A DNA stretch of 64,000 bases from contig JAFTSW010000053.1 of assembly GCA_017467085.1 (NCBI GenBank), forward strand, positions 7,782 to 71,781. The letters are read 5' to 3'. Source of the DNA: Clostridia bacterium. Its GTDB lineage: Bacteria > Bacillota > Clostridia > Oscillospirales > CAG-272. The notes beneath the pieces are model-generated. The model did not search any database and was not told the origin of the DNA. It saw only the letters and a program-made list of their open reading frames with translations. Positions 45,742 to 51,804 of the stretch are shown here, piece by piece. A program made the position numbers and the translations under genes. Numbering within the stretch: position 1 is the first letter of the stretch; each line of letters opens with the position of its first letter.

Positions 45742-47742
45742 TTACTTAATTGCCTGTTCCTCGTTAATCCAGGTTGCCTTGAAAACGAAATCAAAATGCT
45801 TTTTAGCCTCTTGATATTGATATATCTCACATTTCCAACCCACAAAATGGTATCCCGCTCGTTCCGAGGTAAGCAAGCCCGAAAACATCGCTTCGGAGGT
45901 ATAGAGTATCTCGTTGGAATCTGAGCCTATAAGAATTCCGCCCTCGCATTGGTACACGATATGCACGGTGATGCCACCCTCCAAAAAGTCGCGGATAGAG
46001 GCTTCGTAGCCTACATTTTTTTCGACTATTTGTTTAAGCTTCGCCTCTTCTATTGCTTCGTCAAATTTTGGAATTGTTTGCTTTAGCAGGGTGGTTTCCT
46101 TCGCTTCCTTCAAAAGAGCGATGGCATCGTCAAACTTTTTCTCTTCTATCATTTCTAATGCGGCATTGTATTGTGCATTGGGAACGACAATGCGAGAAAT
46201 AAGAACGTATGCCACAGCCGAGATGAGAGCGGCAATCAGTACACATATACCGATAATCAAAATTCTTTTCTTGGCTTTTTTTATGGCAATCTTGCGGTCT
46301 TCTTCTTTTCTTCGTTGCTCCAGACGCAGTTGCTCCCATTCTTCCTGAAGGGCATCTATTTTTTCTTGGCAGGCTGCCACGCATTGCTCCGCATCAAGAT
46401 AATCCAAAACAGACAGAAAAAGCTTTTTGGCGCTCTTACAGGTGGGGATATCCCTTGCGTTGTTCAACAAGGCTTTCGCCTTTTCATAAACCTCGTTCTT
46501 CTTTTTATTATCAATACGAGTATGGACCGTTTGCAGCGTATGCAAAAGCTCGTTTTTAAGTTTTTCGCTTGCAAATTGCAGGGCCTTCTTAAAATTATTG
46601 CTATCTGCGAAGGATGTTTCACTGTTGGCAAGCTCGCCCTTGCTTTTTAAGCGCAATTCCACTAACAGCTTACCCACATAACCCTCGGCGTTTTCGGGCT
46701 CCTGATTCAATATCTGCTCATAAAAGGCATCCGCAATGTCAAATTCTCCGTCTGCCAATGCCATGGACGCTCTTTTGAAAAGGGGCTCTGTAGCGGCATT
46801 AAAGCCTGTAGCGATAGTTTTTTTGTTAACTGTATTGCTTTGATTATCGAATCCAATAATCTTTTTGATTCCGCGAATCAAATCCTGCATAAAGCCCAGC
46901 TTTGACATATCCTGCGCCTGCAGATGAGAAAACTCCTCGGGCAGGTCATACGGGTCCATATATCTGTATGCCGGGATAAGCACCTTCTTTTCGCCGCTTT
47001 TGATAAGCGCAAGGAATCGACTCCACTCGTTCCTTACCCAAACGGCGTTGAAGTATTCGGGACGAGTGCCAAGAACCACCATTATCTTTGCGGAATGCAA
47101 TGCCGCAAATATGTACGGCTCGTATGCTATACCAAGTTTGTCTTCCAAGGTGATGCGAGAGAAAAACACCTTGAAGCCCTCGCGTGTCAGCTCGTTATAA
47201 AGCTCGGTCGCAAGGACGCTGTCCGGCGTTCTTCTGCCACTTGCGTCGGTTTCTTTATAGCAGATGAACACATCAAAAGGATCTTCCTTTTGCGAGATGG
47301 CAAGGAACCCCTTCTGAATTTCGTTGATAGCCGTTGCTTCCGCTTCATATATCTCACGCTGGTGCTCGTCGGCGTTAGCAATAGCGGATTTGTAGTCTTC
47401 ATCGTCAAAGATGGAGGTGAACTGTGCGCGGTTTACCGTGGGAACCCTCTTATGCGTCACAGGATCTTCTACGTATTCAACTCCATAGCGGCAAAGAACA
47501 ATCGACCAATATGCCTCGGCATCGGTGCTGTCCTCGTCCAGAATGGTTTCATAAATGCCCATCGCCTTGTCAAAATCATTGTTGCGACGAAAGTGATTTG
47601 CTCTGTCATAGTGATTGGCGCGGCGCTCATTGTCAAGCTTTGGCAGCGTTTGTCTTGTACCGCAGTATTCGCAAACAGCGACGGACTGCGCGCTACCTAA
47701 TTCAAGCGAGCCGCCGCAGATTTTGCACTTAAAGATTGCCAT
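45742..47742 (-). CDS. Zn-ribbon / TPR-like / TIR domain / coiled-coil / single TM / extracellular Flg_new-repeat protein
   Basis: 666 aa.
- Zn ribbon: CKICG...CEYCG (aa 6-28).
- TIR blocks: FDVFICYKE (aa 156-164), GFKVFF, IMVVLG, FNAVWVRNEWSRF (aa 231-243).
- TM: a basic stretch RRKEEDRKIAIKKAKKR followed by the TM helix ILIIGICVLIAALISAVAYVLI (aa 494-515).
- C-terminus: GYHFVGW...ATW repeat. Confidence 0.85.
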   Translation of the reverse strand: MAIFKCKICGGSLELGSAQSVAVCEYCGTRQTLPKLDNERRANHYDRANHFRRNNDFDKAMGIYETILDEDSTDAEAYWSIVLCRYGVEYVEDPVTHKRVPTVNRAQFTSIFDDEDYKSAIANADEHQREIYEAEATAINEIQKGFLAISQKEDPFDVFICYKETDASGRRTPDSVLATELYNELTREGFKVFFSRITLEDKLGIAYEPYIFAALHSAKIMVVLGTRPEYFNAVWVRNEWSRFLALIKSGEKKVLIPAYRYMDPYDLPEEFSHLQAQDMSKLGFMQDLIRGIKKIIGFDNQSNTVNKKTIATGFNAATEPLFKRASMALADGEFDIADAFYEQILNQEPENAEGYVGKLLVELRLKSKGELANSETSFADSNNFKKALQFASEKLKNELLHTLQTVHTRIDNKKKNEVYEKAKALLNNARDIPTCKSAKKLFLSVLDYLDAEQCVAACQEKIDALQEEWEQLRLEQRRKEEDRKIAIKKAKKRILIIGICVLIAALISAVAYVLISRIVVPNAQYNAALEMIEEKKFDDAIALLKEAKETTLLKQTIPKFDEAIEEAKLKQIVEKNVGYEASIRDFLEGGITVHIVYQCEGGILIGSDSNEILYTSEAMFSGLLTSERAGYHFVGWKCEIYQYQEAKKHFDFVFKATWINEEQAIK

Positions 47743-47753
47743 GATGCTCTCCT

Positions 47754-47948
47754 CTATTTGTTGTCAATAACTTCTATGTTTTCAATAGAAAACGCGAGGC
47801 ACTTCTGAATGATTTCGTTGCGCGTGCGCCCCGTTTGCTCTGCAATCGTATCGAGCTTTTCTATCATATCATTAGGAAGCCTTACAGACACCACAGAAGA
47901 ATCTCCGCGAAATTTTTTGGATGATATTACAAGCTTTTTGTCAGACAT
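47754..47948 (-). CDS. ribbon-helix-helix (CopG/Arc-like) DNA-binding protein
   Basis: 64 aa. VVSVRLPNDMIEKLDTIAEQTGRTRNEIIQKCL fits the beta-strand / helix / helix RHH pattern. AGGAGGAA RBS. The stop lies 11 nt before the TIR gene ATG. Confidence 0.75.
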   Translation of the reverse strand: MSDKKLVISSKKFRGDSSVVSVRLPNDMIEKLDTIAEQTGRTRNEIIQKCLAFSIENIEVIDNK

Positions 47949-47987
47949 TGTTTGTATTCCTCCTATTTGTAGTTCGTTGCTATGTAT

Positions 47988-48017
47988 AGTATATCACATT
48001 TGTAGTGTTTTTGTCAA
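47988..48017 (-). promoter_or_regulatory. candidate sigma-A promoter of the RHH-TIR unit
   Basis: Minus strand reads TTGACA, 18 nt, TG-extended TATACT, about 40 nt upstream of the RHH ATG. Flanked and overlapped by a 9-bp direct repeat ACTACAAAT. Confidence 0.6.
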
Positions 48018-48065
48018 CGGTTTTATAAAAATATTGTAATTAAGGGGCAACAAAGCCTGATGCTT

Positions 48066-48166
48066 GCGCTTGTTTCCGCACATACCTGCTTCAAATCTGA
48101 AAGCGACTATCTTCAAAAGTTAATAAAAAAACCAAGCCTTTCGACTTGGTTTTTGGTGCTAGGTAG
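48066..48166. repeat. direct repeat copy 1 (about 100 nt)
   Basis: gcgcttgtttccgcacatacctgcttcaaatctgaaagcgactatcttcaaaagttaataaaaaaaccaagcctttcgacttggtttttggtgc. Matches 48682..48781 with 2 substitutions and 1 indel by eye. Confidence 0.85.
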
Positions 48167-48360
48167 AAGCGGCGCATTTGGCGAAAGCATCGGGCGCGCT
48201 TGTTTTGCGCCGCCTGCAAATATCCCTTGCGGTCTCATGACCGCATTTTGCAAGCAAAAACGGGATATTTCGCGATTGGTTGCGTTTTTAAGCTGTTGAA
48301 CCTTCATTCCGCTTCGCAGAATGAACGAGGTTCAACCCAAAATCAAGGCGTAAGCCTTGC

Positions 48361-48513
48361 ATATCATCCGCAATTTATTGCGGCATATCATCAGCCCGAA
48401 GGGCTGGATATCATCATTGCGAAAGAGTATACAGCCTACGGCTGATGATATACTCGCCTTGACGAGAGGTGCTCGTCAAGGCGGATGATATACACGCTAA
48501 GGCGTGATGATAT
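48361..48513. repeat. three direct plus three inverted copies of ATATCATC with interleaved short hairpins
   Basis: ATATCATC at 48361, 48385 and 48408. GATGATAT at 48444, 48484 and 48506. Each pair of motif copies is separated by a small GC-rich hairpin. Confidence 0.8.
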
Positions 48514-48580
48514 ACCATTGCTTTCGCAATGGATAAAAAACAACCTAAATTGTCCCTTGCGGTTCAATTTAGGTTGTTTT

Positions 48581-48705
48581 TGGTGCAGGTATGAAACTTG
48601 CTTTGCAAGTTTTGGAGTTAGAACCTGTATGCCCGTGAAGGCACTAGAACCTGACGCTCGCGCGTCTGCCGAAGCGCCTCGGCGCTTGTTTCCGCACATA
48701 CCTGC
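48581..48705 (-). pseudogene. degenerate tRNA-Leu-like copy with hairpin insertions
   Basis: Minus strand reads GCAGGTATGTGCGGAA[ACAAGCGCCGAGGCGCTTC]GGCAGACGCG..TCAGGTTCTAGTGCCTTCACGGGCATACAGGTTCTAACTCC[AAAACTTGCAAAGCAAGTTTCA]TACCTGCACCA.
- The acceptor stem, variable arm and CCA are identical to the neighbouring tRNA-Leu.
- The 5' strand of the anticodon stem and the 3' strand of the T stem are disrupted. Confidence 0.6.
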
Positions 48706-48781
48706 TTCAAATCTGAAAGCAGCTATCTTCAAAAGTTAATAAAAAAACCAAGCCTTTCGACTTGGTTTTTGGTGCAGGTAG
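48682..48781. repeat. direct repeat copy 2 (about 100 nt)
   Basis: See copy 1. Spans the 5' end of the tRNA-like copy, a spacer, a terminator hairpin and the 3' end of the intact tRNA-Leu. Confidence 0.85.
48741..48769 (-). terminator. rho-independent terminator after tRNA-Leu
   Basis: Minus strand reads aaaaaccaag tcgaaagg cttggttttttt, immediately 3' of the CCA end. Confidence 0.7.
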
Positions 48782-48856
48782 CAGGAGTTGAACCTGTATG
48801 CCCGTGAAGGCACTAGAACCTGAATCTAGCGCGTCTGCCAATTCCGCCATACCTGC
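48770..48856 (-). tRNA. tRNA-Leu (anticodon CAG), type II with a long variable arm and encoded CCA
   Basis: Minus strand reads GCAGGTATGGCGGAATTGGCAGACGCGCTAGATTCAGGTTCTAGTGCCTTCACGGGCATACAGGTTCAACTCCTGCTACCTGCACCA.
- 7-bp acceptor stem GCAGGTA / TACCTGC.
- Anticodon stem CTAGA / TCTAG with loop TTCAGGT.
- T-loop TTCAACT. Confidence 0.85.
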
Positions 48857-49284
48857 ATATTAACTTTTGGAAGCAACCTGCTTTTGAAAGCAAGCTTGCT
48901 TTCGATTCCGCTTTAGTGTCATTGCTTTTTCGCCGAGCCAAGGCCCGTCGAAAAGCAAGACACCCGAGGATACCCTTTAGGGTGTCCTACCGTTTGCACG
49001 GCACGTTGCAACCGTCCATTCCGCTTACGGCGAATCATCACCTTGTGCGGAAAACGGCTTTACTGTCTGCGCGATGTATCCCGAGGATACCCCGCAGGGG
49101 AGCAAAATCGCAACGAATGAATTGTATCACAAGTCAATGGTTTTGTCAAGCCCTTTCACAAAATTTTTTCGTTCTTATCGCAAAAAAACCAAAAAAATCG
49201 CAAAAAAGCGTTTTTTTGTAGGTTTTTTCAAGAAAAAATGGGAATTTGCGCCACAATTAGGGGGAAAATGGCGTGTTTTTTGCG

Positions 49285-49313
49285 TTGCAAAGCGCCGCCT
49301 TCTATGCTACAAT
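49285..49313 (+). promoter_or_regulatory. candidate sigma-A promoter
   Basis: TTGCAA, 17 nt, TACAAT, about 70 nt upstream of the ATG at 49381. Confidence 0.5.
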
Positions 49314-49380
49314 GAACAAAGCGGGGGCAGATGCTCGCCGCTTTTCGACACAGACGATAGAACCGAAAGGACGAAACAAT

Positions 49381-50496
49381 ATGAAGGATACGAAAATCCC
49401 CACCCTTTGTGAAAAGGGCGCTGTCAGCCATCTGGAGGGCTCCTCCTTTTGCTACCAGGGGTGGCCTACCGTTTGCCGAGATGAGGAGGGAACGCTTTAC
49501 GCGGCTGCCTCCTCCTTCCGCTGCGCGCACGTTTGCCCCTTTGGCAAGAACGCGATGTTTATCAGCAAAAACGGCGGCAAGACCTGGTCGCCCCCTATCG
49601 TGGTAAACGATACCTATTCGGACGACCGTGACGCGGGGCTTCTCTATATGGGAGAAGGGCGGCTTTTGCTTTCCCATTTTCATCACCCTGCCACCTATTA
49701 CGAGTCCAACAAGGACAGTCTTTTAACCTGGGCAGGAAGCGACGAAATCAAGAAGGGCTTTGCAGGAGTTATCGAGGGGCTTGCCTCTCTTCCCGAAGAG
49801 GCGCGGCAGGCAGGCTCCTTTGTCCGCCTGTCCGAGGACTACGGCATAACCTGGAGCGAGAACATCCGTGTTCCTGTGACGGCGCCCCACGGTCCCTGTC
49901 TTTGCCCCGACGGAAGCCTTTTGTATCTGGGAAAGGGTAGCTTTTCCAGAGAAGAGGACGGCATCGACAAGGACGAAATCTGGGCATACGCCAGCCTTGA
50001 CGGGGGCAAGACCTGGGAAAAACGGGGCCTTTGCCAAAAGCCCGCGGACATTTCCTGGCGCGTGCTGCACGAGCCACATGCTTTGGCGCTTCCCGACGGC
50101 AGCCTTTTGGGCGCCATTCGCTCCGAGGCGGGCAGCACGGGAGGCGGCTGCTTCGCTACCTTTATCACCAAGTCCTATGACGGCGGACGCACCTGGAGCG
50201 CTTGGCGCGACCTGGGCGTTATCGGCTCGCCGCCCCACTTGCTGCTCCTTTCCACGGGTGAGGTGCTTTGCAGCTACGGCAGACGGGAAAAGCCCTACGG
50301 CATCCGCGCCATCTTCAGCGCTGACGGTGGCGAAAGCTGGGGAGATGAATATATCCTCGATGAGGATTTTGAAACCTACGACCTCGGCTATCCCTCCACG
50401 GCAGAGCTGGATGACGGCAGCCTCATCACCGTCTATTACGGTCACCACGGCGGCCCCAAGCCCAATGATGTTCTGTATACCAAGTGGAAAAGATAA
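49381..50496 (+). CDS. BNR/Asp-box repeat protein (sialidase-like beta-propeller), no signal peptide
   Basis: Asp-box motifs SKNGGKTWS, SLDGGKTWE, SYDGGRTWS, SADGGESWG. Start MKDTKIPTLCEKG has no hydrophobic leader. Confidence 0.75.
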   Translation: MKDTKIPTLCEKGAVSHLEGSSFCYQGWPTVCRDEEGTLYAAASSFRCAHVCPFGKNAMFISKNGGKTWSPPIVVNDTYSDDRDAGLLYMGEGRLLLSHFHHPATYYESNKDSLLTWAGSDEIKKGFAGVIEGLASLPEEARQAGSFVRLSEDYGITWSENIRVPVTAPHGPCLCPDGSLLYLGKGSFSREEDGIDKDEIWAYASLDGGKTWEKRGLCQKPADISWRVLHEPHALALPDGSLLGAIRSEAGSTGGGCFATFITKSYDGGRTWSAWRDLGVIGSPPHLLLLSTGEVLCSYGRREKPYGIRAIFSADGGESWGDEYILDEDFETYDLGYPSTAELDDGSLITVYYGHHGGPKPNDVLYTKWKR

Positions 50497-50525
50497 GCTA
50501 AAAGAAGTAAACTTTATGCAAACAA

Positions 50526-50555
50526 AAAAGGCTGACTCGTTTGAGTCAGCCTTTT
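50526..50555 (+). terminator. rho-independent terminator
   Basis: aaaaggctgactc gttt gagtcagcctttt followed by cttt. Confidence 0.7.
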
Positions 50556-50621
50556 CTTTAACGCCCGCAGGAGCCTTACGCTTGCGAAGCAGGTGCTTCA
50601 CAAATCCCGAAGGGATTTATT

Positions 50622-51776
50622 TCACAGCGCCGCTCCCTCGGCGGGACGCCGCAGGTACACGGTATAGGGGGCAGGGACGTCCTTGCCCATAGCGAAGCCC
50701 TCCAAGGAGCCGACGTTGCGGATATGGAAGGTGACCTTGTCCTCTTCCACCTCCATCACCAGGTACTGGGCGAACTTGGGGGTAGCGGTCTTGGGGAAGA
50801 GCTTGTATTCCTCCTCGCCTCCGTAGCCCCAGATGCCGTCCTCCTCGAAGTTTTCGGCGGCGAAGGGGCGAAGCCCTCCCATATGCACCAGAGAAAAGGC
50901 GTAATCGGGCAGGCGCAGGGAATCCTTCTGCCCTTGGTTGTTATCGTAGGGAAGGAAGGAGCCGTCCTCTTGCTTAACGATATGCAGAACGGCGGAGGAG
51001 GAATCACGGTACATACAGTCCTCGCCGTGCATATGCCCGTAGAGGTAAAAGAGGTTGTGGTGTCCCTCCAAGGCAGAGTAAAAGCGGGCAACGTCCCCGT
51101 TTATCATCGTTTCCTTCAGGTCGGTGCCGCCGTAGTAGAACCAGGCGGAGAGATGTCCCACAAGGAAAACGGGCTTGTAGCCGTCAGGGTCAATTTCGTC
51201 CAGCTTTCTTGCCACCCAATCCACCGTTTCATCGGTGTAGTAGCCCTCGTGGGAGTTGAAGGCGGTGTTGGGGTCAATGTTGATGCCGATAAAGTCCACC
51301 CCGTCCACCACGTAATGAAAGGCGTCAAGATAGGGAAGCTCCGCAGGCTTTTTGTCACAGCGGACGAAAAACGCCTCGCTTTCGGGAAGGGTACCCAGGG
51401 TTTCGTTCATAGGCCCCGTCAGATAAAACTCGGTGGTGCTGTACGGCTCCTCGCCAACAGGGGCGTCCCCAATGTACATATCGTTGTTGCCCGCTACGTA
51501 CAGCACTCGCTCTCCCTTGGCGGAGGGGGCGAAGCAGCGGACGTATTTCTCCTTGATGTCCAAAAAGTTCTTTTTGGGCAGACCGCAGGAGCGCTCCCAA
51601 TAGGGATAATCGGACAGGTTGTCGCCGCCGCAAAGGGAAAGGTCCGCAGGACCGAAGGCGGCAAGGGCGTCCTCTACTGCCAGGTATGCCGAGCGACGCA
51701 CCCGGGTGGGGTAATCCAGCTGCGCTTGCTGGGAATGTACGTCGGTAAAGCCGAATACGGTTAGCTTTTTAGCCAT
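50622..51776 (-). CDS. calcineurin-like metallophosphoesterase
   Basis: FGFTDVH, GGDN, GNND, GHLS and GHMHG blocks in the canonical order. Confidence 0.75.
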   Translation of the reverse strand: MAKKLTVFGFTDVHSQQAQLDYPTRVRRSAYLAVEDALAAFGPADLSLCGGDNLSDYPYWERSCGLPKKNFLDIKEKYVRCFAPSAKGERVLYVAGNNDMYIGDAPVGEEPYSTTEFYLTGPMNETLGTLPESEAFFVRCDKKPAELPYLDAFHYVVDGVDFIGINIDPNTAFNSHEGYYTDETVDWVARKLDEIDPDGYKPVFLVGHLSAWFYYGGTDLKETMINGDVARFYSALEGHHNLFYLYGHMHGEDCMYRDSSSAVLHIVKQEDGSFLPYDNNQGQKDSLRLPDYAFSLVHMGGLRPFAAENFEEDGIWGYGGEEEYKLFPKTATPKFAQYLVMEVEEDKVTFHIRNVGSLEGFAMGKDVPAPYTVYLRRPAEGAAL

Positions 51777-51804
51777 ATTTCAATATCCTTTCGGGTTGTG
51801 TAAA

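Noticed and set aside
45742-47742. Calling the TIR gene a Thoeris ThsB, and the cassette a Thoeris system.
   Set aside because: No ThsA-type partner (SIR2, Macro or TM domain fused to SLOG) is present in the cassette or flanks. The multi-domain membrane architecture also differs from the small cytosolic ThsB proteins I know of.
48154-48217. A third tRNA-like sequence ending TACCTAGCACCA, considered as a tRNA gene.
   Set aside because: It is only 64 nt, with no T-arm, no anticodon arm and an interrupted acceptor 3' strand. It is treated as a decayed relic within the repeat finding.
48060-49412. Small ORFs in the non-coding tract (48060..48299 +, 48436..48732 -, 48485..48739 +, 48916..49221 +, 49074..49412 +, 49228..49686 -).
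   Set aside because: They have no RBS. They overlap tRNA-like sequences, hairpins or the BNR gene, and their translations are Arg/Cys/Pro-rich with no domain-like pattern.
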